Assembly: GCF_036321535.1 (NCBI RefSeq)
Contig: NC_087447.1
Span: forward strand, 46,812,001-46,876,000
Direction of reading: 5' to 3'
Source: Camelus dromedarius
Taxonomy: Eukaryota
DNA: 64,000 bases
Under the pieces are notes generated by a model. The model ran no database searches and had not been told where the DNA came from. It saw only the letters and a list, made by a program, of their open reading frames with translations. The position numbers and the translations under genes were made by a program. This document shows, in pieces, positions 23,781 through 36,260 of the stretch. Each line of letters starts with the position of its first letter. Within the stretch, counting starts at the first letter, position 1.

Positions 23781-25949
23781 AGAAAAAATTCTTGGCTTCA
23801 TGATGATTAGAGGCCAGTGATGGAAACAGACTCAGAAACAAGTATAAAAAGTAATAAATGTGACCTTAGAGGTGTTTGCAAATTGTAAATTTCTGCAGGA
23901 GAACAGAAGAGAAAATGAATTACTCCACCTGAGGAAATCTGCTAGACTCTAAGCTCCTTGAGAGCGAGAGCTATTATTTATCATATCCCCTGTCCAGAGC
24001 TTAACACATGATTAGGTAACAGTTGTTGAATGGATGTGTGAATGAATAAAGTCAGAGAATGTGTCACAAAGGAGGTGATATTTGAGCTACATCTTAAAGA
24101 GATAATAGGAATGAACTAGACTGTGAAGATGAGGAAAGAATTCTAGGGCGAGAAGGGCAGCAGCCAGAGCACTGAGAGACGGAACGGAGAGCATGTTAGA
24201 ATGACAGGTATTCAGCGTGGCTGGAGTAAAAGCCATTTGTTAGAGGTGATGAGATAATTAGCTGGTTGTACCAGATTATAAAGTATTTTGTGTGTCATAC
24301 ATAGGAGTTTGGACTTCAATCCGAAGGCAGTCAAAAGTTATCAGTTTGTCAAAGTAGGAGACTGTTGCAGTCAGATGTGCGCATCTGATAAAGATCACTG
24401 TGACTGATCCTGTTAAGAGTCTGTTCTGGCAAGGTTAAAGTCAGGGAGATCACCTCGGAAATCACTGCAGTAGTCTAGGAGGGAGTGCGAGATCAAGTCT
24501 GAACCAAGGAGGTGTGGCAATGAAAAACTGGAGGGAGATTTCATAGGTGAGTAGGTGTGGTCAGTTTAGACTTCAGGGCTTTAGGAGTTTCATAGAAAGC
24601 TATAGAAAGTTCTGTTCTGGAGGAGATGGCATCTGGATTGGATCTTTAAGGATGGAAGAAAAGTATAGAGCATATGGGAAGCTAGAGTACATAAAAGAAA
24701 GCGTGAGAGAGGAGAGCTAGGTGAGGGGGAAGCCAGTCTGAGAAATATGAATTTGATGGGATAGGAATAGAAGAACCCCCACATTTGATAATTGTTGAAT
24801 GGGAGAGAGGTATTAAACTTTTCCTTCCACTTTTGTGTAAGTTTGAAAAGTTTCGTTAAAAAAGCTTTCCAGTTCACCTGGCCTGGAGGGTGTGCTTTCT
24901 GGTGATGGTAGGAGGGGTGGGAGTGGAGGGCAGACAGCACAGCCATCATTACAGCCAGCATCTACTCTCACTCTACTGCCCAAAGTGTGCTGTCCACGTC
25001 AAGCTTTACAGTTTGGCTCAGCATATCCAGTGTCTGCATGATTCCCAGCTGATTTACGAAGTCTGAAAAGTGAGGTAATTCCACTTTGATTTATTGGCCT
25101 TGAATTCTTGGCAGGGCTTAGGAATTGGAGAAGAATGTGAATGAGAGGAGAATGGGGAGCTATGAATATGGTTAGCCTATGAAACTTTGGACATCACTTG
25201 CTATCCTAATCACTTAGTAGACCACATTATCTGTACCCACCAGATAGAGGCAGCCAGCCTGGTGATTTTGCTGTATTAAGAGCAGGTTCAGGAGCTAGCT
25301 TATCTCTCCTTCTCTGGGCTTATGCAGCATTTTGTTTATATGTCAATGGTTATCCTTATCACATTATGTTTAATAGTCTGTTTCCGCCCTGCTCCCTAGA
25401 CTGTGACTACTGCAAGGGCAAAGGTTGGGCTTATTCATCTCTAATGTTCTGTGAAAGACTGAAGTCTGTAGCTGCATGGTTGACCAATCTCTAACTTGAA
25501 AAGGTCAGTTGAGATCTATGAAATGCCAGGTTGCCTTGATGGATAGAGTTCCGGAGTTTAGGGCCCTTTAAAATTAGCAGGTACTTGAAACCAGGGCAAG
25601 AAGCCATCCCTCAAGTGATGGATATTCCTGATGCATGCATATGGTAGTCACTTGGTAAATTTTCATTGATTTAATTTGGTGGCATCCTGTTATATCACAC
25701 CTCACCACACTGAAGGCATTTTCCTTTTACTTCCATGGTAACTAAGGAAACTGGCAGTTTAGAAAGCCAGAATATTATAGCTGACTCCAAAGCTTTGGTG
25801 TTAGATGGATTTAGTATGAATTATTATAGCATTTTAGCTTTAAGGGACTTTGAAAATTACTTAAGCCAACTTTCTCATTTTATATATGGGGAAACTAAGG
25901 CATAGAGAGAAGTGCCCTGTTCATTGACATCTAGCAAGTAACAAATTTA

Positions 25950-28900
25950 AAAGAAGAGAAATCATATACTGTCTGCTCTCAGTGCACAATGGAGTTAAGC
26001 CAGAAATCAGTAACAGAAGGATAGCTAGGAAATCCATAAATACTTGGAGATTTTAAACAACACACTTCTAAATAACATATGAATCAAAGAAGAGATCTGA
26101 AGAGAAATTTAAATATATTTAACTGAATGAATATGAACACAACTTATCAAAATTTGGAATAGACCTATATCTATTAAAGAAATTCACTGAATAATTATTA
26201 ACTTTTCAAAATAGAAAGCACCAGGCCCAAATGGGTTCACTGGTGAATTCTACCAAACATCTAAGGAAGAAATTGTACCTCTATAGTCTCTACAGTCTCT
26301 TTCAGAAGATGGAAGCAGAGTGAATACTTCCTAACTCATTCTATGAGGCCAACATTACCCTAATATTAGAACCAGATAAAGGCATTATAAGAAAAAAAAA
26401 ACAACTACAAACCATTGTCTCTCATGAATATAGATTTAAAAATCATTAACAAAATACTGACAAATTGAATCCAGTGTATAAAAAGAATCATACACCAAGA
26501 CCAAATGGGATTTATCCTAGGGATGCAAACTTGGTTTAACATTTGAAAAATCAGTTTATATAATCCATCATCACATCAACAGAAGAAAAATTACATGAAC
26601 ATATAAGTAGTTGTAGCAAAAGCATTTGACAACAACCATCACCCATTCAAGATAAAAATTCCCATTAAACTAGGAATATAGGGGAACTTCCTCAACTTGA
26701 TAAAGAATATCTACCCCAAACCTACAGCTAACATCGTACTTGTGACAAGCATGAAGCTTGTTTATTAAACTTAGTTAAAATTCAAAATTTTTGTTCTGTG
26801 AAAGAAACTGTCAGAAGAATGAAAGGACAAGCCACAAACTGGGAGAATATATTTGCAAAAGACCTCTCAGATAAAGGATTGTTACCAAAATATACAAAGA
26901 ATTCTTGAAACTTAATAATAAGAAAACAAACAACCTGATTAAAAAGTGTGCTAGAGCAGATACTAACTACTATATATAAAACAGGTAAACAGCAAGGTTC
27001 TACTGTATAGCACAGGGAACTATATTCAATATCTTGTAATAACCTATAATGAAAGAAAATATGAAAAAGAATGTTTAAGTATAACTGAAACATGCTGCGT
27101 ACTAGAAATTAACACAACATTGTAAACCAAGTATATCTTAATTTTTAAAAAATTTTTAAAAAGTTTCCCACCAAAAATGTAAAAAAGCAAAACATGAAAA
27201 AAAAAAACTGTGGGCTAGAGACTTTAACATACAGCCCACCAGAGAAGATATACAGATGGCAGATAAGCATATGGAAAGATGCCCCACATCATATGTAATC
27301 AGGGAAATGCAAATTAAAACAACGAGATAGCACTAAACACCCATTAGAATGATCAAAATCTGGGACACTGACAGCACCAAATGCTGTCAAGGATGTGGAG
27401 CAGCAGGAACGCTCATTCATTGATGATGGGAATGCAAAATAATACATGCACTGTGAAAGACAGTTTGGTGGTTTCTTGCAAAACTAAACATATGACCATA
27501 CAATCCAGCAATTGTGCTCCTTAATATTTCCCCGAAGGAGTTGAAAGCTTATGTCCACACAAAAACCTGCAGACAGATGCTTATAGCAGCTTTATACATA
27601 ATTACCAAAATTTGGAAGCAATCAGGATGTCTTTTAATAGGTGAATGGATAAATTGTGGTACATCCAGACAATGGAATATTATTCAGTACTAAGAAGAAA
27701 TGAACTATCAAGCCATGAAAAGGCATAGAGGAATATTAAATACATATTATTAAGTGAAAGAAGCCAGTGTGAAAAGGCTACGTACTATATGATTTCAACT
27801 ATACGACATTCTGGAAAAGGCAATACTATGGAGACAGTAAAAAGATCAGTGGTTGTAGGGATTAGGGGGGTGGAGGGGTGAATGAGCAGAACACAGAATT
27901 TTTAGGTCAGTGAGACTATTCTGTATGATACTGTAACGGTGGATTTGTGTCCATAAGGACATTTGTATAGTAGAAAGGTATATATTTAACAAACCCATAG
28001 AATGTACGTCAGTAGTGAACTCTAAGGTAAGCTATGGACTTTAGGTGATAATGGTGTATCAGTGTAAGTTCATCAGTTAGAACAAAGGTATTGCGCTGAT
28101 GGAGAATGTTGATGGGGAAGCTATGCATATTTAGGGGCAGGGGTCGAGTGGGAAATGTCAGCATGTCCCATTCAGTTTTGTTGTGAACCTAAAACTGTAA
28201 AAACAGTAAAAAACAAAATATTTTCAAAAAGTGGACTAAGATTTTGAATAAACTTTACTCCAAAGAAAATATGTGAATGGCTAATAAGCATATGAAAAGG
28301 TGTTCAATGTCATTATACATCAGGGAAATGCAAAATCAAAATCACATTGATATGCCATTTCACACCCATTGGGATACCTTTTACCAAAAAGACAGGATAA
28401 CAAGTGTCGAAGATGTGGAGAAAGTGGAACTCTCAGACACTGCTCATGGGAATGTAAAATGGTGCAGCTGCTGTGGAAAACAAATTGCAGTTCCTTGAAA
28501 GGTTAAACGTAGTTAACATATGACCAAACAATTCCACTACTAGTTATATGCTCAAGAGAAATGAAAGCATGTCTACACAAAAACTGGTAGATGAATGTTC
28601 ATAACAGCATTATTTGTAATAGCCCAAAACTGTAAACAACCCAAGTTTCCATCAACTGATGAATGGACAAATAAAATATATATCCATACAATACAATATT
28701 TGGCAGTAAAAAGCAATGAACTACAGTACCTGATCCAACATTGAAAACATGCTAAGTGAAAGAAGCCAATCACAAAAAAACACATATTGTATGATCTTTT
28801 TTATATGAAATGTCTAGAATAGTCAAATCTATAGATAGAGGTCAAAAGTAAATTAGTGGTTCTGTGGGCTGGGGGAAGTTGGAGAGTGACTGCTAACTGG

Positions 28901-29055
28901 TGTGTGGTGTCATTTGGGGTGGTAAAAATGTTCTAAATTTAACTAGTGGTGATTGTGGCACAACTCTGAAAATACTGAAAGCACTGAATAGTACATTTTC
29001 AATGGGTGAATTTTATGATATGTGAATTAGATCTCAGTAAAATTATTATTAAAAA
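25950..29055 (+). mobile_element. Composite L1 block (ORF2 remnants, two old 3'UTRs, nested younger L1 3' end at ~26957-27200)
   Basis: L1 ORF2 motifs ([52 protein letters not shown]) with many stops. Confidence 0.85.
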
Positions 29056-30711
29056 CGATTCAAGTGCATAGAAGTATATGACTGTAGGAGAGATTGTGAA
29101 TGTGAGTCCTGGGAGGCAGTAGCAATCCTTTTATGTGCATATGAATTACCTGGGTATCTTATTAAATGTAGGTTCTGATTCAAGGGGTCTAGGATGGATT
29201 CTGAAGCTTCTATTTCTTAAGTTCTTAGGGTGCTGATGCTGCTAGGCAGTAGAGGATGTTTGTTTTTTCAGTGAATGGGGTCAGTCTGAAGAGCCTTTCT
29301 GGAGACAGGAGGATTTGGCTAGGGTTTTGTAGGAAGGCAGAATGTGGTTTGGTGGAAGAGAGGGGCTGAAGGGACAAAGTAATTAGCATCTGTAAAGACT
29401 CAGAGCCCATAGAATACCCAGTATTTGTGGGGGACAGGAAGCTTGTTTATGGGGTTACACCGGTGGATTCATAAGTCTTTCCCATCTGGGAAAATGTATC
29501 AACAGCAGATTATTTTCCATTTTTGTGAAGCTTTCTCTTGCCCTCTGCCTGACATTTTTGGTTTAACTTCTTTCAAATCTGAACCTAGGTAGATTGGAAT
29601 GACTAGAGCCCTTCTGAGATCCTAGGAGGGGAGTTAATGGTTGGCGAAAAGACATTCTGTGTCTGGATCTTAGGTGTTAGATATGGGCCCATCGCCCATA
29701 ACCCTACCCTGAGAGCCTCCCTAATTAGCTACCTGAGTTCTGGACAGGGCATCTTCTGACTGGTTTATTGCTTGGACCCAGATGAATAAACTCATTAATG
29801 AGGGAGCAAATAAAGAGGTATTTCCAGATGGTGCAGGCTAATTATAGATATAGTTTATAACGTTCCTTGTTTTTCCACTTGAGCTACAAGACTGGTTTGG
29901 ATATAATTTAAAAAGTCTTTTGGTTCAGGAGGCAAATATTAAGGCCAACTCATGTCTTTTTTTTTTTTTTTTTTTAGTGTAACTCCATTCTGGTACTCAT
30001 ACTACTCCATGAAGTGCTAAATGGTCCTCTCCGCACCAGGGTTAGTGCTTCAGCCTTAGTGCTTGCCCTTTTGAGCTGTTCCCTGAGGCTCTGAAAGCAA
30101 TACCGCCCTGTGCTACACCAGCATTCTGTTGCCTGGCCTCTCCCAGTACTTTTTAAAGTACATCCACTCTCCTAGGAGGAAAGGCAATGAAGTCACTTGC
30201 TCGCTTGGAATATACTTAACCTCACAGCCCCACAATGAAGTCAGAAGACTTATTTTCTATTTTTTAGAGGGGGAAAAACTAAGCTTGCTTGACTTCTGTC
30301 TCATGGAGAGGTGCCCCCATGCCTGGCTCAGTTCTCTGAATCTTCCTAGTTTCGCCTTCAATGGACTTGTCTTGCTTCTTTGAACGCGTAGTCGTGTTGT
30401 GTTGTGTTGTTTTGACATGTAGTTTTTTAAACATAATTTTCTGGGTACCTCTAGAAAATGAATACTTCTTTCCCAGATGCTTATTAGGTATTTTTCAAGT
30501 GTTTGTTTGCACTCCCATTTAAACATCTCCAGGTGAGGTGCCGGTTCATCAGCATACTTACTGCCCTCTTGGAGAGAATTCTGTTCAGTTCCACAGGTAC
30601 TCATTGAGTGCTTAATATACACTCAGCTCTCCTATTCTTGAAAGACACAAAAGCAGTGTATTCTCCTTGGCTCTGTGGCATCTTCCGTGGTGGGAGCAAG
30701 ATAGACATAAG

Positions 30712-30864
30712 CAGGACTTGGACTAGGGTAAAGCAAACAAGGCACTGGGCGCAAACTTGAAGGAGGCACTCTGAAGGTCATGCAAGCGCAGGGTCTGTAC
30801 CTGAGAATGTGTGCCTCCGTAAATTCTGAGCCCTAGGTCCCTTGCTTACCCTACCCTGGTCCTG
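30712..30864. mobile_element. MER96-like palindromic hAT MITE
   Basis: Termini CAGGAC...GTCCTG, near-identical 8-bp TSD GACATAAG / GACTTAAG, and internal inverted arms. Confidence 0.7.
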
Positions 30865-30932
30865 GACTTAAGAAGCAGTTAGGTCACTTGGAAGGCATGT
30901 CTAAATAACATAAGACTGAAAGTGAAACAGAA

Positions 30933-31086
30933 CAGTGCTGCTCAAGCTTAATGTGCATATGAATCATCTGGAGACCTTACTAAAATGAGGATTGTGATTC
31001 AGTAGGTCTGGAGTGGTTCTTGAGATTCTACATTTCTAACAAGCACCCAGATGATTCTGATACTAGGGCTACACTTTGAGTAGCAA
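30933..31086. mobile_element. MER5A-like hAT-Charlie element (a second copy at ~29120-29250)
   Basis: GTGCATATGAATCATCTGG...GATTCAGTAGGTCTGG...CATTTCTAACAAGC...CACTTTGAGTAGCA signature. Confidence 0.7.
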
Positions 31087-31608
31087 GGAGAAAAATTCAT
31101 GCTAGAGGAAAGCAAAGGGTCATATTCACTAAGCTAGGGGACCAGGGTAGCCTTCTCCAGGGAAAGTGAAGTGGCAGCTGAGTTCTCAAAGGATAAATTG
31201 GATTTGGATTGGAAGAAAAGAGGGGTGAGGGCATTATAAACAGAATGAAGAATGTGCAAACGCTCAGAGACAGGAATGAGCCCCATGTGTTTGGAAACAG
31301 ACTAACTTGGCAAGATGCAGGTCCAAGTTGGAAAAGAGGAAAAGAGTTTTGATAGGTAGCATGAAACCTGTGTATTCATTGTTTCTTTAGAAATGTGGTC
31401 CTTAATTATCTGCTCAGATACTATCCAACTGGGCCTTTCCATTTCCTGCATCAGCTTTTCCCCTCTTGGAGGGGACCCCTGTCCTTCTGGGGAGATAAAG
31501 AGCTGAGTCCAGACACCTGAATAAAGTCTGTGAGGCAAAATGTGAAGTAGGACAAAGGGGTGGTTGACTTCATTACCTTGATTGGATAGGGGAGGCCTTG
31601 GAATATTG

Positions 31609-31824
31609 TTCCTTCCCTTCCATTCTCCCTCCCCTTCCATTCTCCCTCCCCTTCCCTTTCTTCCTTTCTTCCTTCCTTTCTTTCTTCCTTCCTTCCTTTC
31701 TTCCTTTCTTTCTTTCCTTTCTTTCTTTCCTTCCTTCCTTCCTTTTCTCTCTCTCCTTTCTTTCTTTCTTTCTTTCTCTCTTTCTTTCCTTTTTCTTTCC
31801 TTTCTTTCTTTCCTTCCTTCCTTT

Positions 31825-31876
<52 letters not shown>

Positions 31877-31929
31877 TCTCTTTCTCTCTTTCTTTCTTTC
31901 TCTCTTTCTTTCCTTTCTTTCTTTCTTTC
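31609..31929 (+). repeat. Polypyrimidine compound microsatellite (CCTT/CTTT/CT)n
   Basis: About 320 nt almost exclusively C/T on the + strand. Confidence 0.97.
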
Positions 31930-32335
31930 ACTGGGACATATAGAAACCAGAAAGCCCTCCCTACGTAATGGTGGACATTCCCAGTATATACACATAAAGA
32001 GTGCCTGGTAAATATGTGCCAATTTTACTTCATAATAGAATGGAGTTCTGCTTATTTTACTTCAAACAGCCCACTTAAAGTACTTTTCTAAAGTTAGCAG
32101 AGGAACAGTGGAAAACTAGGCCTTAAACATCATAAGTACTAAAGGAATATTTGCTGATTGATTCCTTTAAGTGATTATGAGGTCCTGTCTTCTCTACATC
32201 AAGGCACATTTTCAGCTCAGTTTAATGTAAGAATGTATCGAGTGACTTAGGTACTAAGACTTGGGTATGCTTCCATATAGCTACAAGGAAGTAGACTTGA
32301 GCCCTGAACTCAAAGAGTTGAGTATTATTCTAGAG

Positions 32336-32557
32336 CAGTAGTATTCAACTGGGGGTAATTTTTGTCCCCTAAGGGACATTTGACAATGTCTGTAGATATT
32401 GTTGGTTGTTGCATCTTTGGGGATGCTTCTGGCATCTAGTGGGTAGAGGCCAAGGATGCTGTTAAACATCCTACAATGTAGAGACAACCCCTCACCAAAA
32501 AACCCAAAGAATTAACTGGCCCAAAATATCACTAGTGCCAAGGTTTAAGAAATCCTG
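32336..32557 (+). mobile_element. MER20-like hAT element
   Basis: GGGACATTTGACAATGTCTG...GGCATCTAGTGGGTAGAGGCCAAGGATGCTGTTAAACATCCTACAATG signature. Confidence 0.8.
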
Positions 32558-32839
32558 CTCTAAAATAGGATAAGACCAACAAATAGAACTGGAACTTTGA
32601 GGTTGGAAGGCCATACAGCTGGTTAATAGCAGAGCAGGGACTGAAGTTTAGTTCACCCTAATCTAATGGGGCCATTTAGAGTCAAATGGCATTATATGTC
32701 AGAATATTTTATCTAGCTTCATGTCCCACAAATCCTGAATCATACATATTTTTAGCTCTAGCAAATATGTGATCACTGTATGTTGGGCAGGGACAGTTCT
32801 AAGACAGTAATGGATTTTTCTGGTGGTGTCTTTCTACAG

Positions 32840-32877
32840 GTTGATATGTCAGACCTCTCCCCAGAGGAGCAATGGAG
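32840..32877 (+). CDS. RNF121: RNF121 exon 2
   Basis: Acceptor tctttctacAG, donor AG|GTaagt. 38 nt, VDMSDLSPEEQW(R). Confidence 0.95.
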
Positions 32878-34760
32878 GTAAGTGTGACAGTGTGGGCCCC
32901 TCATGCTGGGGACTATAGATGGATCCTAATAATAGAGTTGTGTATTTTGCTTCCTTGTCTGTGGAAATCAGTGACCTGTGACTGCTGGGACAGGCCATTT
33001 GAGATCTTTTCCAGTACTTGGTTCACTCCTGGGTAGCTCCCTCCATCCTGGGGAGTAAATAGGTTATTGCCCCAAACCATCCATCTGAGTTTGAATACTA
33101 GTTCTGCCATTTCCTAGTGTTGTGATCTTGGGCAAGTTACTTAACTTGACACTACCTTAATTCTCCCAGTTTGTAAAGTGAGGATCATAATAGTGTCTAT
33201 ACCTCATAAAGTTGTTGTGAGGATTAATATATGTGAAATTCTTAGAACAGTGCCTGGCATGTGGTTAACTTCCAGTAACTGTTACCTACTTTGAGGGTGA
33301 GTATCATCATTAACATCATCATTATCCATGAAACAGGTCAGAGAGCTCTGGTTGAGAAAATAAGAGATGTGTTTTCTTATCTCAACTCTGCTACTAACTT
33401 GCTTTGTAACCAGAGAGAGTCAACAGTTATCTTACTGTCATTATGTCTCACCAGTAAAGGAGTCTCAAGAGTATTTGCCCCACAAACATTGCCAGGTGGC
33501 TGACTAATGAGCTGAAGTCAACCAAGTAAAATTTGTTTTACTAATTTGAAAAACTTGGTTTACTAAATTTCTGACTCCTACCTCCCTGTTATCTTTTTGT
33601 CAGATTTTCTCACCCAGGACAGAGTTTTAGGTAAGAAGAACCCTTAGGTGCTGTGGCTGGCTGGCTGGCTGACATTTGGCTGCCCGACATTTGGCTGCCC
33701 ACCCTAGTGGGCAGTTTCCCCCTAACATTTTATTATGAAAAATCTCAAACATACAGAAAAGTTGAAAGAATTGTGCAGTGAACACCCTTATACCCACCAC
33801 CTAGATTCTACAGTTAACTTTTTGCTATATTAGCTTTATGATCTATCTGTCCATAATTCATCCAACCAAGTTCTTCTTGCTTAGTCTCTCATTGCACTTG
33901 GGAATTTCATGAAGATACAATTTATGTTGTCCTTTCCCTTTCTCCCTAATACTTCTGGGTATGAAGTACTTGCACAAAAGCTCCTGACTACAGGCTACAT
34001 TTGTGTTTAGTTTTCTAACTCCTTCATTCCTCTCCCTTGGCTGACTCTGACCCAGAATGGTAGGAGTGACTTTCCTATTCTTAGAGGAAGCTTTTTGCCT
34101 GTGTTGGCCAAGGGAATCACTTGCTGTCAGTCCTCAGGACTATGCCAGCCTTAGATTAAATAAGAGTTTCCAGTTGTACTCTCCTTGTGCCCTTAAAGAG
34201 GCTATTTACCTGTGGATACTGATGGTGAAGTTACTGTTGGATTAGTATAAAGTTGAAACAGTTGAGATTTTTCAGGCTTCAAGATCTCTGGTCCTGACAG
34301 AGAGGGTAGGACAAATAAAGCATGACTTTAACCCTGGAATTAGCACACATTTGCAATGTTATTCCTTTATTGGTGTCATAAATATCATTAAGTAAGAGTA
34401 TGAAGGTTCATGGCTTTAACCTTCTCTTTGGGTTACTTTCTCCTTCCAATGACAAGTTGAAATAAGACTGAAATGGAAAGTATCAATTATTTCTACCATT
34501 GGGGGCAGGCAGCAGACCACCCAAATTTAACCCCAATATCTGACCTTGGTGACTAGGTCCCATAGAACTCCTATTCTATCCCAAAATGCCTGTCCTCTAT
34601 GGCATGTGTCATTTTAGCCCCTAATTTGTACAGTACTCTGCAGCTGCAAAGCACAAGAGTGTGTTTTGAGCTACAGACCAGTGGGATATCCCTAGAAAGC
34701 ACTGCCCCTTTACCACTACACCATCCCTGACCTAGCTCACCCCATCTGTTTGGCTTTCAG

Positions 34761-34902
34761 GGTTGAGCACGCACGCATGCATGCCAAGCACCGCGGCCAT
34801 GAAGCCATGCACGCTGAAATGGTCCTCATCCTCATCGCTACCTTGGTTGTGGCCCAGCTACTCCTGGTGCAGTGGAAGCAGAGGCACCCCCGCTCCTACA
34901 AT
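34761..34902 (+). CDS. RNF121: RNF121 exon 3
   Basis: Acceptor tttggctttcAG, donor AAT|GTaagc. 142 nt, VEHARMHAKHRGHEAMHAEMVLILIATLVVAQLLLVQWKQRHPRSYN (His-rich segment plus first TM helix). Confidence 0.96.
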
Positions 34903-35269
34903 GTAAGCCACTTTGCCTCTCATTTCTTTGTTTACCAATCATCAGGAGACCCTTCTTAAATATTCTAGGCTGCAGCCTAATCCAGGCTGCATGTAGGCAG
35001 GGAATAGATGATAATAATAAACTATGTATAAATAGTTGAATAGTGTATGGTGGGTGTGTGTTTAAGGGCCCAGTGATTCAGACATTGAAAACTGGGATAG
35101 AACCTGAGCCTACTTTCATGTCCAGAAAAGGTAGGTTCTCCTTTTTAACATTTTGGATAGATTCGTGAAGGAGATATTCATTGGGAGCTGTTCAAATAGA
35201 GGGAGAGGTGATCACTTGATTGGGAAGACCAAGCTTCTAATGAATCTTAATTAATTTAGATTAATATTT

Positions 35270-36010
35270 TAAAAAGGCAGTAGTAAATGAAATGAACAAA
35301 AACATATAAACCTTACAGAAAACATAGCTAAATGGCAGAAGTAAACCCTTCCTTGTGAGTAATTTAAATATAAATGGATTAAATTCTCTTATTAAAAGGC
35401 AGAGATTGTCAAATTGGTTTAAAAATAACCACATTACCCATCTATATACTAAACCACTACACCCATCTACATAGTCTATAAGAGACTCACTTTAGATGCA
35501 AAGAAATAAGAGATAAAAGTAAAAGGATGGAAAAAGATATTTCATGCAAATGATAACAAAGAGAGGGCTGGTAGCTATTAAATATCAGACAAAATAGACT
35601 TTAAATAAAAAAACATTACAAGAGACAAAGAAGGACATTACATTATTGATAAGTTTCCCTACAGCCAGAAGATATAATTAAAAACATACATGCACCTAAC
35701 AAAGGAACTCTAAAATATTTGAAGCAAAAATGACAGAATTGATGGGAAAAACCCATAATTCTATAGTAATAGTTGGGAAGTTCAATAACCCCACTTCCAA
35801 TAACAGAATAACCAGATAGAAGATCAACAGGTAATAGAGGACTTGAACAGCATTATAAACCAATTAGACCTAACAGATGTATACAGAACATTCCACCCAA
35901 CAACAGCAGAATACATGTTCTTCTCAAGTACATGTGGACCATTCTCCAGGATAGAACATATGTTAGGCCACAAAACAAGCCTCAGTAAATTAAAAAAGAT
36001 TGAAATCAGC
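35270..36010 (+). mobile_element. L1 ORF2 endonuclease-region fragment
   Basis: Peptide INQLDLTDVYRTFHPTTAEYMFFSSTCGPFSRIEHMLGHKTSL is the L1 APE endonuclease C-terminal motif. Confidence 0.9.
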
Positions 36011-36121
36011 TGCTCTGGATTAGGACATGACAGATAGTATACTGGATTCTTTTACAACTAGTAGGAGTCTTTCACCTTTTCAAGTATAACAACCATTTTT
36101 TAGCGGTAAAAACTTGTCAAA

Positions 36122-36260
36122 GCCGGGGGAGGCTATAGCTCAAAGCGGTAGAGTGCATGCATTACTGTGCACAAGGTCCTGGGTTCAGTCTCCAGTACTT
36201 CCTCTAGAAAATACATAAATAAACCTAAGTACCTCCCCCACCCACCAAATTAAAACAACG
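36122..36260 (+). mobile_element. tRNA-derived SINE (vic-1 type)
   Basis: A/B boxes and TSD AAACTTGTCAAA / AAACTTGGCAAA. Confidence 0.85.

Noticed and set aside
31302..32022. Four long ORFs (K/E/R-rich or F/L/S-rich, up to 209 aa)
   Set aside because: Artefacts of the stop-free polypyrimidine microsatellite.
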